DNA of 64,000 nt from Macrostomum lignano. Its lineage: Eukaryota. The position numbers and the translations under genes are program-made. The notes beneath the pieces were generated by a model, which was not told the DNA's origin, searched no databases, and saw only the letters and a list, made by a program, of their open reading frames with translations. The stretch is from NCBI GenBank assembly GCA_002269645.1, contig NIVC01001435.1, positions 1-64,000 on the forward strand, written 5' to 3'. This document shows, one piece after another, positions 12,901-38,472 of this stretch (the first letter of the stretch is position 1; every line of letters starts with the position of its first letter).

Positions 12901-14626
12901 ATGCTACCATGACCACAACTGGGTCATAGATAACCGATGCTTCAATGACCACAACTGGGTCATAGATAACCGATGCTTCAATGACCACAACTGGGTCATA
13001 GATAACCGATGCTACCATGACCACAACTGGGTCATTTAATAACCGATGCTACCATGACCACAACTGGGTCATAGATAACCGATGCTTCAATGACCACAAC
13101 TGGGTCATAGATAACCGATGCTTCAATGATCACAACTGGGTCATTTAATAACCGATGCTACCATGACCACAACTGGGTCATAGATAACCGATGCTACCAT
13201 GACCACAACTGGGTCATAGATAACAGATGCTACCATGACCACAACTGGGTCATAGATACCCGATGCTACCATGACCACAACTGGGTCATAGATAACCGAT
13301 GCTACCATGACCACAACTGGGTCATAGATAACCGATGCTACCATGACCACAACTGGGTCATAGATAACCGATGCTACCATGACCACAACTGGGTCATAGA
13401 TACCGATGCTACCATGACCACAACTGGGTCATAGATAACCGATGCTTCAATGACCACAACTGGGTCATAGATAACCGATGCTTCAATGACCACAACTGGG
13501 TCATAGATAACCGATGCTACCATGACCACAACTGGGTCATAGATAACCGATGCTACCATGACCACAACTGGGTCATAGATAACAGATGCTACCATGACCA
13601 CAACTGGGTCAAAGATACCCGATGCTACCATGACCACAACTGGGTCATAGATAACCGATGCTACCATGACCACAACTGGGTCATAGATAACCGATGCTAC
13701 CATGACCACAACTGGGTCATAGATACCGATGCTACCATGACCACAACTGGGTCATAGATAACCGATGCTTCAATGACCACAACTGGGTCATAGATAACCG
13801 ATGCTTCAATGACCACAACTGGGTCATAGATAACCGATGCTACCATGACCACAACTGGGTCATAGATAACCGATGCTACCATGACCACAACTGGGTCATA
13901 GATAACAGATGCTACCATGACCACAACTGGGTCAAAGATACCGATGCTACCATGACCACAACTGGGTCATAGATAACCGATGCTACCATGACCACAACTG
14001 GGTCATAGATAACCGATGCTACCATGACCACAACTGGGTCATAGATAACCGATGCTACCATGACCACAACTGGGTCATAGATACCCGATGCTACCATGAC
14101 CACAACTGGGTCATAGATACCGATGCTTCAATGACCACAACTGGGTCATAGATAACCGATGCTTCAATGACCACAACTGGGTCATAGATAACCGATGCTA
14201 CCATGACCACAACTGGGTCATAGATAACCGATGCTACCATGACCACAACTGGGTCATAGATAACCGATGCTTCAATGACCACAACTGGGTCATAGATAAC
14301 CGATGCTACCATGACCACAACTGGGTCATAGATAACCGATGCTACCATGACCACAACTGGGTCATAGATAACCGATGCTACCATGACCACAACTGGGTCA
14401 TAGATAACCGATGCTACCATGACCACAACTGGGTCATAGATACCCGATGCTTCAATGACCACAACTGGGTCATAGATAACCGATGCTACCATGACCACAA
14501 CTGGGTCATAGATAACCGACACTACCATGACCACAACTGGGTCATAGATAACCGATACTACCATGACCACAACTGGGTCATAGATACCGATACTACCATG
14601 ACCACAACTGGGTCATAGATAACCGA
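9970..14626. repeat. 4.6-kb satellite, 36/37-bp unit ACCACAACTGGGTCAT(AGAT/TTAAT)AACCGATGCT(ACC/TCA)ATG
   Basis: Roughly 125-130 tandem copies with no unique spacers; internal ATGACC-N7-GGTCAT palindrome; higher-order blocks. Confidence 0.97.
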
Positions 14627-15304
14627 AGCTGATTTTAAAGGATTAATTTATCGAAGTTGCCTAGGAAGCCTACATTATAAGTTAATCTTTTAGCTCAAGT
14701 ATTTATGTGTAGCAAATTTTTTTCTATTGAGAATTTCTCTCATGTAAGATACTTGATGCTATGTACAACAGGTGCTGAAACTGCATTAAAAGTGCATCAG
14801 TAATTTTGCTGTGTGGAATTCGTTTTAAATGGATTGATCTAGGGGCATTAATTAATACCCAAAATGAGGCAATATTCCATTTGATATCTTCCACTATATG
14901 GCAACCTTAATCGATGCTTATTAGAAATGTATGCGCCCGACTAATGCACCCCCATCGCGTTGCAACAAACAGTAATCGATGTATAGCAGCAGCAGCAATA
15001 TGGCTGAGCTCGTTTTCTTTATTTCATCGGATTGCACGGATGTTACAATAGTTAATGTGGGAATATTGGTACATTAGTAGAATTGTCCCCATTTCTAGTT
15101 TGTTCTCGCTTGCTTATTAGCTTAAAACACTGAGTTGCAGCGCAGCTTGCAGTGCTGGAAGCTGATCTCCTTCCGTTTGTAGCAATCCAGCAGGCACTTG
15201 CCGAACGAGTCTCGCTTCTCTGTTGGCAGGCTCTCCTCCCACGGTAGCCTGTTGGCGCCTGTGATTTTGGCATGTCCAGAAAAATCATACATCGTACATT
15301 AGTG

Positions 15305-15850
15305 TGCTGACTTTCCTAGCCTTCAATGTACATATTTGTGCTGACTTTCCTACCCTTCAATGTACATATTTGTGCTGACTTTCCTAGCCTTCTATGTACA
15401 TCTGCGTGTTGACCTTCCTACCCTTCAATGTACATATTTGTGCTGACTTTCCTACCCTTCAATGTACATATTTGTGCTGACTTTCCTACCCTTCAATGTA
15501 CATATTTGTGCTGACTTTCCTACCCTTCAATGTACATCTGCGTGTTGACCTTCCTACCCTTCAATGTACATATTTGTGCTGACTTTCCTACCCTTCAATG
15601 TACATATTTGTGCTGACTTTTCTACCCTTCAATGTACATCTGCGTGTTGACCTTCCTACCCTTCAATGTACATATTTGTGCTGACTTTCCTACCCTTCAA
15701 TGTACATATTTGTGCTGACTTTCCTACCCTTCAATGTACATATTTGTGCTGACTTTCCTACCCTTCTACGTACATCTGTGTGCTGACTTCCCACCCTCCA
15801 ATGTACAACTGCGTGCTGACTTTCCTACCTTTCGATGTACATCTGCGTGT
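15305..15850. repeat. 34-bp minisatellite CTTCAATGTACATATTTGTGCTGACTTTCCTACC
   Basis: About 16 copies; period measured as 34. Confidence 0.92.
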
Positions 15851-16341
15851 TTATTGATTTCCTACCCATCAATGAACATCGGAACTGTTTTTTCTATCCT
15901 TCAATTTACATCTGCAGATCACCCATTACGCGCCTCAGTCGTTTCTGCCCTCAATTAGTATTTGCAATAAAACAAAATTAATTCGGCATCCTACCATTTT
16001 CGGACTCGAAGTCAATCGACGGTGTCTGGAATGATTTTATTTGGAATTGTTTGAAAGTTTTGTTAGATAGGACTCAAATGCTCGCAGGAGTTGAAAAAAT
16101 TAATTATTAAATACCATAATTACCTCGCACTGGACCACAGGCTGCAGAGCGAGAGCGCAGACGGCTACCAGCAGCAGCAGGGACAGCGACAGAGGCGGGC
16201 GACGGCTTGAAATTTCGACTGACATTTTGACTGAACTGGAAAAGTTTTGGAAGTTTTGTACAAGCGTTTATATCCGATTTATAATCATAGCCCGCTTTTT
16301 GGCTAAACTTTGGGGTTTTTAAATAATAATAAATAATTGAC

Positions 16342-16622
16342 TACACCTGCCCTAATGGCCAGATGTGCAACCGACAGCTCAGCCGCAGCTATTGCGCGGC
16401 GCATCTAAAGGCTGCGTACGGCTGTTCAGTCCAAGGACTGGGGGGTCGCCACACCTAACCTCAGTTATCCCAGCTGGCACCCATTTTACAGCTGGGTGAA
16501 CTGAAGCAATGCAGAGTGAAGTGTCTTGCTCAAGGACACAAATTGTTCTAGTGGGATCGGGAATCGAACCCCCGACCCTTCAGTCATGAATCCGACGCTC
16601 TAACCACTAGGCTGGAACCCCT
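16342..16622 (-). mobile_element. tRNA-derived CORE-type SINE, full length
   Basis: Minus-strand head with A box TAGTGGTTAGAGC and B box GGTTCGATTCC; CORE-like body; shared 3' region ending GGCAGGTGTA plus an AT-rich tail. Confidence 0.85.
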
Positions 16623-17629
16623 ACAAACCTTGGTTTATGCTAGCTACAATTAAATAATTAATTCCACTGCTGATTTACCTTCGGTTGCAAAATTCCTATT
16701 AAAATAGGTTTCGATTAAACGCAACAAAAAACTGCCGAAAAGATACCAGAAGCGAGGCCAATCCCCGGTAAAATCATTCAGAATTTATAACTACCGGCGA
16801 ACACCTATCGAAATGTCTGCATGCACAGACACTTTCTTGCTGGCAACCAATGGGGGCTGGCGCGTCACGTCAGACCTGCATGATATGCTGCAGCGGGGAA
16901 GCTGCGGCCCACTCCATCCCCAACTCCATCCGCCCCTGAAATGCTCCGACAGTCTGCTTGTCGGCTGGTGCTGACAATGTATTATTTAATTAGAATTTTA
17001 ATAAAGTTTATAACAAACGCTACGTATTTTATGCCGGAGTTGCTGCTGCTTAGACAGACAGATTTGTCAATCGTGCTCTGAAAGCAATCAAAATAAAATG
17101 CTTTTGCAGACGTTTTGCGCTTCTGATTTCTGACTTATTTTTTTAATGCATGCGCTGCACAGATATCCAACCGCGATTGCCAATCACGTGACAACTGCTC
17201 GGCTCGGTCTCTCGATTTTAAAAACGCCCACCAGCCCTCTCTGGTTCATCCACTTCAGCAGGAACTGCCTCGCAATTTCGCAATTTCAAATACGAAATTC
17301 TCGGCTGGAATATCCTTAGATGGCATGCAGGCTGGCGACATTCCCAGCAACACTCGGCAGCTCAGTGCGATATTGAATTCGTGCTCAGCTTGAGTGGCCC
17401 TTCTCAAACCTGCATGGCTTGATGGGTTTTGGTCATTCCAGCTTATCCATCAGCTACCTGATCTGCTCAGCTCAATTCTCCTAATGGCAACTCAGAGCGC
17501 CATTGACAGGGAAACTATTTTTTTGGTCAGCGCTAGCTGTTGCTGGAGCTAGTCTAAATTGATGGAGAGAAGTGTTTTCGCCATAGCATATGCATTTAGC
17601 AGCTTTTGATTTTCGAATTGAATTATAAT

Positions 17630-17916
17630 AGGGAGTTGTAGTCTTGGGGTTAGAGCATCAGACTTACGACTGAAAGGTCGGGGGTTCGCTCCCGATCCCA
17701 CTGGAACAATTTGTGTCCTTGAGCAGGACACTTAACTCTGCATTGCTTCAGTTCACCCAGCTGTAAAATGGGTGCCAGCATTAGCTGGGGTAATTGAGGC
17801 TGTGTGTGGCGACCCCCCAGTCCTTGGACTGAACAGCCGTACGCAGCCTTCAGATGCGCCGCGCAATAGCTGCGGCTGAACTGTCGGTTGCACATCTGCT
17901 TATTAGAGCAGGTGTA
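17630..17916 (+). mobile_element. tRNA-derived CORE-type SINE, full length
   Basis: Closely similar to the 16342 and 51015 copies; body TGTGTCCTTGAGCAGGACACTTAACTCT...TTCAGTTCACCCAGCTGTAAAATGGG. Confidence 0.85.
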
Positions 17917-18058
17917 CATAGTCAACTATATTATGGAGAACTCTTGCTCACATGAGTTATTGCTCATACGATCTTCCAACTTGATTTTCTTCTGTAAGAC
18001 ACTTGAGTAAGACTGCTTACGAAATCATCATTTGTCTAGGACCAAATTGCTTCCCGTT

Positions 18059-18226
18059 TAACTCCCGAAAAAGGCATGTGTAATCTCGTATAAACCATAG
18101 AAATAAAGACTTTCCGTGACAATATTTGCGTTCTCCGGGATTTTATTTGGTAATATTCAATAATATCCCGCAAAGTCTTAATGTCTATGGTTTATACGAG
18201 ATTACACATGCCTTTTTCGGGAGTTA
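18059..18226. mobile_element. MITE-like long inverted repeat (~168 bp)
   Basis: Arm TAACTCCCGAAAAAGGCATGTGTAATCTCGTATAAACCATAGA has a perfect reverse complement ending at 18226; TA (near-TTAA) at both ends. Confidence 0.7.
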
Positions 18227-18697
18227 TTTTCATAAATCCCTCAAAAGGCATGTTTAATCTGATACCTAAATCCAGAATGGGGTCGAAAACAAGATACGGT
18301 CTACCAGAATACGAATGCCGTCAGCATTGGCTGAGATAGCATGGCTCTTTCTGTCTATGGCTAAACCTTAGAATCTTCGTGTCTTGAAAAAGCTAGCTAT
18401 CAAATTGTGGCTAAGATTAGATTTCCCTAATCTGAGATAGCATGAAAGAAATTGGGAAGTTAAGCTATTGATCGATCCATTCATTATCTATGGCCCAAGA
18501 GGGGGTCTTTAAAGTGGTCACGTCAATTAAAAAACTCGGGCGCGCGCAATTTATCCTTTCCACCAGGGGCGCCGCCATGGATTTTATGGTGGGGGAGGGG
18601 GGTGACAAAGCCAAGAATTCAGCATGTACATGACTAAATTCCTACATGTCCATTATTTTGAGAATCGGTGTTGTCAGCGCTCTTTTTTTGCACCACA

Positions 18698-19378
18698 GGC
18701 ACTCATTTTAGCGCAGCAGTCACTCATTTTAGCGCCGCAGACACTCATTTTGGCGCCTCACACACTCATTTTAGCGCCTCAGACACTCATTTTAGCACCG
18801 CAGACACTCATTTTAACGCCGCAGGCACTCATTTTAGCACCACAGACACTCATTTTAACGCCGCAGGCACTCATTTTAGCACCACAGACACTCATTTTAG
18901 CGCCTCAGACACTCATTTTAGCACCGCAGACACTCGTTTTAGCGCCTCAGACACTCATTTTAGCACCGCAGACACTCATTTTAGCGCCGCAGGCACTCAT
19001 TTTAGCACCACATACACTCATTTTAACGCCGCAGGCACTCATTTTAGCGCCGCAGACACTCATTTTAGCGCCGCAGGCACTCATTTTAGCACCACAGACA
19101 CTCATTTTAGCACCGCAGACACTCATTTTAGCGCTGCAGGCACTCATTTTAGCACCGCAGACACTCATTTTAACGCCGCAGGCACTCATTTTAGCACCAC
19201 AGACACTCATTTTAACGCCGCAGGCACTCATTTTAGCACCGCAGACACTCATTTTAACGCCGCAGGCACTCATTTTAGCACCACAGACACTCATTTTAAC
19301 GCCGCAGGCACTCATTTTAGCACCGCAGACACTCATTTTAGCGCCTCAGACACTCATTTTAGCGCCGCAGGCACTCAT
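18698..19378. repeat. 21-bp minisatellite CACTCATTTTA(G/A)C(G/A)CC(G/A)CAG(A/G)
   Basis: About 32 copies; explains ORFs 18624, 18668 and 18947. Confidence 0.95.
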
Positions 19379-19514
19379 AAGCTCATAAGCTCAATTGGCT
19401 TATAAAATGCTATATATACAGTATATAAATATTACATCCTACTTTCAGTAGGCAGTTGACTAATATGTTTGCGGATATAAAATAATATACAGATATAGGC
19501 TGTTAGAGTCTTTT

Positions 19515-21010
19515 TTCTGTCTCACCTGTGCGATGGCTCTGTCACACCTGTACCATGTCTACCACACCTCTGCTGTGTCTGAGTCTACCTGTGTTGTATC
19601 TTTGTCTCATCTGTACTATGTCTCTGCCTTACATGTGCCCTCACTGTCTGTGCCCTCTCTTGTGCTCTTGTGCCCTCTCTGTCTCACCTGTGCGATGTCT
19701 CTGTCACACCTGTGCTACATGTATGTCACTGTCACACCTGTGCCATGTCTCTGCCTCCCCTTTACTGTCTCTGCCTCCCCTGTACTGTCTCTGCCTCACC
19801 TGTACTGTCTCTGCCTTACCTGTACTGTCTCTGCCACACCTTTACTGTCTCTGCCACACCTGTACTGTCTCTGCCACACCTGTACTGTCTCTGCCACACC
19901 TGTACTGTCTCTGCCACACCTGTACTGTCTCTGCCACACCTGTACTGTCTCTGCCACACCTGTACTGTCTCTGCCACACCTGTGCTATGTCTCTGCCTAA
20001 CCTGTGCTATGTCTCTGCCTCACCTGTGCTATGTCTCTGCCTCACCTGTGCTATGTCTCTGCCTCACCTGTGCTATGTCTCTGCCTCACCTGTGCTATGT
20101 CTCTGCCTCACCTGTGCTATGTCTCTGCCTCACCTGTGCTATGTCTCTGCCTCACCTGCGCTATGTCTCTGCCTCACCTGCGCTATGTCTCTGCCTCACC
20201 TGTGCTATGTCTCTGCCTCACCTGTGCTATGTCTCTGCCTCACCTGCGCTATGTCTCTGCCTCACCTGTGCTATGTCTCTGCCTCACCTGTGCTATGTCT
20301 CTGCCTCACCTGTGCTATGTCTCTGCCTCACCTGCGCTATGTCTCTGCCTCACCTGTGCTATGTCTCTGCCTCACCTGTGCTATGTCTCTGCCTCACCTG
20401 TGCTATGTCTCTGCCTCACCTGCGCTATGTCTCTGCCTCACCTGTGCTATGTCTCTGCCTCACCTGCGCTATGTCTCTGCCTCAACCTGTGCTATGTCTC
20501 TGCCTCACCTGTGCTATGTCTCTGCCTCACCTGTGCTATGTCTCTGCCTCACCTGTGCTATGTCTCTGCCTCACCTGCGCTATGTCTCTGCCTCACCTGT
20601 GCTATGTCTCTGCCTCACCTGCGCTATGTCTCTGCCTCACCTGTGCTATGTCTCTGCCTCACCTGCGCTATGTCTCTGCCTCACCTGTGCTATGTCTCTG
20701 CCTCACCTGCGCTATGTCTCTGCCTCAACCTGTGCTATGTCTCTGCCTCACCTGTGCTATGTCTCTGCCTAACCTGTGCTATGTCTCTGCCTCACCTGTG
20801 CTATGTCTCTGCCTCACCTGTGCTATGTCTCTGCCTCACCTGTGCTATGTCTCTGCCTCACCTGCGCTATGTCTCTGCCTCACCTGTGCTATGTCTCTGC
20901 CTCACCTGCGCTATGTCTCTGCCTCACCTGTGCTATGTCTCTGCCTCACCTGCGCTATGTCTCTGCCTCACCTGTGCTATGTCTCTGCCTCACCTGTGCT
21001 ATGTCTGTCC
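19515..21010. repeat. Minisatellite grading from degenerate copies to a 20-bp unit and then a 22-bp unit TGCTATGTCTCTGCCTCACCTG
   Basis: Direct reading; explains ORFs 19528-21151. Confidence 0.95.
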
Positions 21011-24000
21011 CATCTGAGAAATAAGAGTAATCAGCACAGCGCACCTATACGGAACTTAAGTTCGACAGAGCTGTCACAAATTGCAAATTTTCAACCCTGT
21101 ACCACAAGTGACATTCCCGCACACGACGCGGCTTTAGCGGAATGCCATTAATGTTTGCTTAGACGATTAACTGGTGCGCTGAATTCTACATACTGTTTGC
21201 CAAGCAGCTCAGGCCAACTCAATACGTGACGAAGCGTGCGTTAAACTATTAGAGGTTACTTTCTCTATAGAGAAGAGACATGGTTAGTAAAGAGGTGCCC
21301 CCTCTCGCCCCGTTTTGAGAATGTCTGCTCGTTGCGCTGCTTGAGTTGCCACTCTGATGAGTCTTCAAATAAGCCCGGGACTGTCTGGCGTACTGAACAA
21401 ACTCTTTAAACCAGTGCTCGCAGGCTGTCAAATGCGCTGCTCTGCTGCACACTGAAAGTGCAGAATTTGTTCTACTGAGTCAGACCAGGCTCAGCTCTTC
21501 CCCCTCCACCCTTTCAACTTCATCTGCCAACGAACGCACTGTCGGCTGAAAGCTAAAGAATAAGAAAATATAATAGGAAAATTTAAGAAATTAATTTTCT
21601 CAGGCAAACAAAGGAGGCACCGTGTGAATTGGACACAAATTCGAGACTGCACTGTGTCAACAGCCTGTAGCGACTTCCATGGGCCGTGCAGTTGTACTGC
21701 TGTTTCTGCTGCTGCTGCTTCAGCCTTGCTGCGAAATTTCTACTTCTCTGTCACTTTCTCCATAGCTTTCTGTGCGCATGTTGCTGTTGGATGTAGCAAA
21801 TAAGCCAATGCTCAGCAGGGTTTTCAGTAATAATAGCCATGACAAGAAATTACAAGCTCTTTCACTAACTGGAAATTCCAACGCTTTGAAAGCTGCTCGG
21901 ATCTTTCCTCCATAGGTTTCTTAGATTTTTTTTCTAGTTTGTGAAGCAGACTAAAAACTGGAGAGTTTCCTAGTCTTGGATAGCTATACGGAAGAACCGT
22001 AGACTCTGGAGTCCTAATGTGGCAAATTTCTTAGTCATCTTATTCAGTTCATCTGCACTCGTCTCTGTTTTCTCTCCCTGTCTGTTCAGTTCAATCTTGC
22101 TGTTTTTATCTCTCTCTCTCGCTGCTTTCTGATTGGCTCTTCAATCTCGCGTCTTTCCCCAGCCGCACACTCTACCTCTCCTTTTCTATCTGCACTCACA
22201 GTCAAATCCTCCTTTTCTTCTCTGCCCTCAACAATCAACCCTCCTTTTCTTATCTGCACTTAACAATCAACCCCTCCTTTTCTTATCTGCACTTAACACT
22301 CTACCCCTCCTTTTCTAATCTGCACACACCAGTCAACCCCTCCTTTTTCTTATCTGTACTCAACCCCCTCTAATTTAATGTGCTATATGCATTCCTATTT
22401 GTTTGGGCCCTGCGCCCCACTTACTGTTTTTAATTCCAATTAATCTATACTAATTTAAGTATACCAAATAATTGAATAGTATCTGATTTTTCTCCACAAT
22501 TAGAGTAGAGAATGGTTTTCTTCCTGAATCTGCCCCATTTTTTGTGCGGCAGGGGAACAAAAGTTGCAAAAAATTGACATATTCGCTAATGCTAACCTTC
22601 AAGGTCAAGGTCCACATTCCTAAGCTCAGTGTGCCGGTATGCCTGCCACAGAGGATTATACATGTGGTCCCTGCTGTGTTTGCCACAAACCAGTCTGAGC
22701 CAGAGAAGACACTTTCCAATGCGGCGGCGTAAGCAGTAATACAGGCAGTGTACTGGGTGTGAGCAAAATGCAAGAGAATTGCTGCAAAATCCTCCTCTTT
22801 GCGTCCCGGTGGCACCGCAGAGAGTTGCTATTGACAGCTAATCAGGGAAAGACAGCCGAGAATGGGTGGGAGACTCTAAGACGATTGGCCCCTATAGCAG
22901 CAGAGCTGACTCACTTGGCCGCCTCATCAATCCAGCATCACTCAGCCCTAGCCCCCCCCCCGCCAACCCTCCGACTTCCCCAGAGCCGCCCCCCCCCCTC
23001 ACAGCCCGTACCGTGCATTCTTCATCATCAGCACGCTTAAATTCTGCAGCATGCCGCCATGAGAACAGGAATGGGGAGTTGAGCTACTGCTCAACAGGAT
23101 AAAGCCAGGAGAGTGGCGGGCTGAGGGAATGGCGATAGGAGGATGGGGAGGGAGTTGGCCTAAGCCGATACAAGCTCCCGTACGGGTGCGCTGCGAGGCC
23201 TTTCTATTAAGGAGTAGACAGACAGGTAAAAAAAGCATCTTGCGGAACAACAGCCTGGAGTGTAGATTGAAATTTCTGTGGTTAGGCCTAGTCTTCGTCA
23301 CTTGAGCACAGGCAAACAACAGCACACTGCACTGCACTGACACAAAACTCGTCTCGTCAAAGGCTTAGACAAGAAGTTAAAGCGAACAACTCGGGAGGTC
23401 TGCATGGCATTGCAAAATTTCAAAGGCGTGTAGCGGACTCAGAAACTGTGCGACTGCACGCACTGAGAGACGGAGAGAAAGAGATAAAGACAGAGTGAGA
23501 GAAGATAGCAGAGCTCTGAGAAAGAGCAAGTCAAGTCCCCGGTGCGGCACCCAGCCCTAATAAGGCTGTCTTGAATGACGACAGTCACAACGAAAAGCTG
23601 AGAGCGCGACAGAGAAATAACCGTGAGATAGCGAGAAGCGAGGCAAGGAAAAAAGGAAAGGACAAAAGAAGAGAAGATTAAATTAGCTTGGTTTCACGTG
23701 CAGCCTGCAGTACCGCTGCCACTCGTACACCAGAAGAGCACTGCAGTCCAGCCGGCCCAATCAGAGACGTCAGAGGGCGGTACCGCGGCAGACCACCCGG
23801 CCTTCAACCCCTCCCTGGGCTGTGCTTGAGTCAGCGTGTAAACTGTCAGCACAGAGCCAGTGGGCGGCAGGGCAGCGTGTGCAAACAAGAGGCTTCGGCT
23901 CTCTCCCTGTCTTTTTTAAGCGCTTTTTTCCAGTCGGTTAGCTATTTACTCTGCGAACTGAGTCGCTTCTCGGCGGCCATCTTCGACTGTCAGTGGTCTG

Positions 24001-24057
24001 AGAGGATCTGACATCTGCTAAACCAAAGCTCGCCAGGGTTTTAGCAGTGCAAGCAAT

Positions 24058-36298
<12,241 letters not shown>

Positions 36299-36697
36299 CT
36301 GCCAAAGCCTGACGCAGTCGGCTCGGCGTTAAATTATCGAGCGGGAATCCGGCTGGATACTCAACGCTGCTTCAACTTTTTCATTGTTTCGGTTTTTTCA
36401 ATCGCATATGAAAATATTTCAAGCTTCGTAGCTTGCTACTCTGGGCAGTAGCTAATTGCGCTCAATCTTATTTTTTGGAAGCATCAGAAAATGCAAAACG
36501 TTGGTTAGAATGGCAAAATCTGAAAAATTAGTTTTAGAAAGCCTTGGAGTTACCACCTTTATTTTTTGTGAAAGTTTATTTTCTTTTTAAACCTTACCTG
36601 TAGAGCAGCTTTTATTAACATTTAATTTTAGCATTATGTTCAAATTGATAAAAAGGCTACAATAGTAGCGGATTTCCCCATTTCCTTATCTCATCCC

Positions 36698-36948
36698 GAT
36701 TGGCTGAGACACTGAGGGCTAAAAATAGCGAATTCCCTCAGCTCCTTCACTCATTCCGATTGGCTGAGACATTGAAGGCTAAAAATAGCGAATTCCCCCG
36801 GCTCCTTCACTCATTACGATTGGCTGAGACACTGAAGGCTAAAAATAGCGCATTCTCCCAGCTCCTTCACTCCTTCCGATTGGCTGAGACACTGAAGCCT
36901 AAAAACAGAGGATTCCTCCAGCTCCTTCACTCATTCTGATTGGCTGAG
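36698..36948. repeat. 60-bp minisatellite (GATTGGCTGAGACACTGAAGGCTAAAAATAGCG...), 4 copies
   Basis: Direct reading; followed by AATAAA at 36950, a possible bestrophin polyA signal. Confidence 0.88.
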
Positions 36949-37381
36949 AAATAAACTAGAATTGAAGTAGTCAAACTTTAATGAAGTCACGACAAGGCCA
37001 AAAAAGCTTCAGCACTTTCCGCTCTGTTACTGTACTCTTAATATTTTCCATATTTTGCTTAAATTTTGCTTAAATTTTTTGCATAGCTGCATATTAACAA
37101 TAGACCCTAATATTGATGCTCAATAATGAGCTGCTGAAAACTTCATCAACTCAGCCCCATCCCAGCCATAATATTTCTCCATTCCTAGTGAATGTTAAAT
37201 TCTTTAAACTTTTGTTTTATCGTCCCGGACTCGAAGTACTGAACTGCTCTATAATATTCGATAGCATCAAAGCTTTTATGCTTTGCTTTTTCATCCGTGC
37301 TCGGCTGTCCATATAACCATTTAATACATACAATTGCTATTAATAAATATATATTTATGTTTGCGTTGTGCTACATTAGAT

Positions 37382-37418
<37 letters not shown>

Positions 37419-37734
37419 AAATATTATGAGCATAATTAAATTGCTTTCCCAGAGTCTGCATGAACAGGTGCAGAGTCGTAAGTTTTAAATACCTTTCTGA
37501 CTGAAACTTAATATCTAATATCTTTGTCTTGGCAAGACTCTGGGATCACCATCACTTTAATATGATAATCCCATTCAAAGAATTCCAAGCAGTTAATACT
37601 TACGAAGTAAATAATAATAAACCTTTTACCGGTCACAGGCAAATAAAGATACTCGGAGACCCATCGAGACATTCAGAGACAGCCCAGTAAACGGCAATAA
37701 GACACCTACAGATACCTGAAGAAACCCATAGACA

Positions 37735-38472
37735 ATCAGAGACACTCAGAGACACCAAGAGACACTCGAAGACACCCAGAGACTCGTAGATATCCAGGCT
37801 GTTCCCATAGACCTTCGGGGAACACCCGGAGACACTTGAAACACCCAGAGACACTCGAAACACCCGGATACACTTGAAACACCCGGAGACACTCGAAACA
37901 CCCGGAGACACTTGAAACACCCGGAGACACTCGAAACACCCGGAGACACTCGAAACACCCGGAGACACTTGAAACACCCGGAGACACTTGAAACACCCGG
38001 AGACACTTGAAACACCCGGAGACACTTGAAACACCCGGAGACACTCGAAACACCCGGAGACACTCGAAACACCCGGAGACACTTGAAACACCCGGAGACA
38101 CTCGAAACACCCGGAGACACTTGAAACACCCGGAGACACTTGAAACACCCGGAGACACTCGAAACACCCGGATACACTCGAAACACCCGGAGACACTTGA
38201 AACACCCGGAGACACTCGAAACACCCGGATACACTCGAAACACCCGGAGACACTTGAAACACCCGGATACACTTGAAACACCCGGAGACACTTGAAACAC
38301 CCGGAGACACTCGAAACACCCGGAGACACTTGAAACACCCGGAGACACTCGAAACACCCGGAGACACTTGAAACACCCGGATACACTTGAAACACCCGGA
38401 GACACTCGAAACACCCGGAGACACTTGAAACACCCGGATACACTTGAAACACCCGGAGACACTCGAAACAGC
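37735..38472. repeat. 19-bp minisatellite GAAACACCCGGAGACACT(T/C)
   Basis: About 33 regular copies plus a degenerate left edge. Confidence 0.95.

Noticed and set aside
9970-14626. CRISPR array (36-bp palindromic repeat)
   Set aside because: Units are directly adjacent with no unique spacers, there are no cas genes, and the context is eukaryotic.
17630-17700. Genuine tRNA genes at the SINE heads
   Set aside because: The anticodon region differs between copies, no acceptor stem closes, and the heads are fused to a common SINE body.
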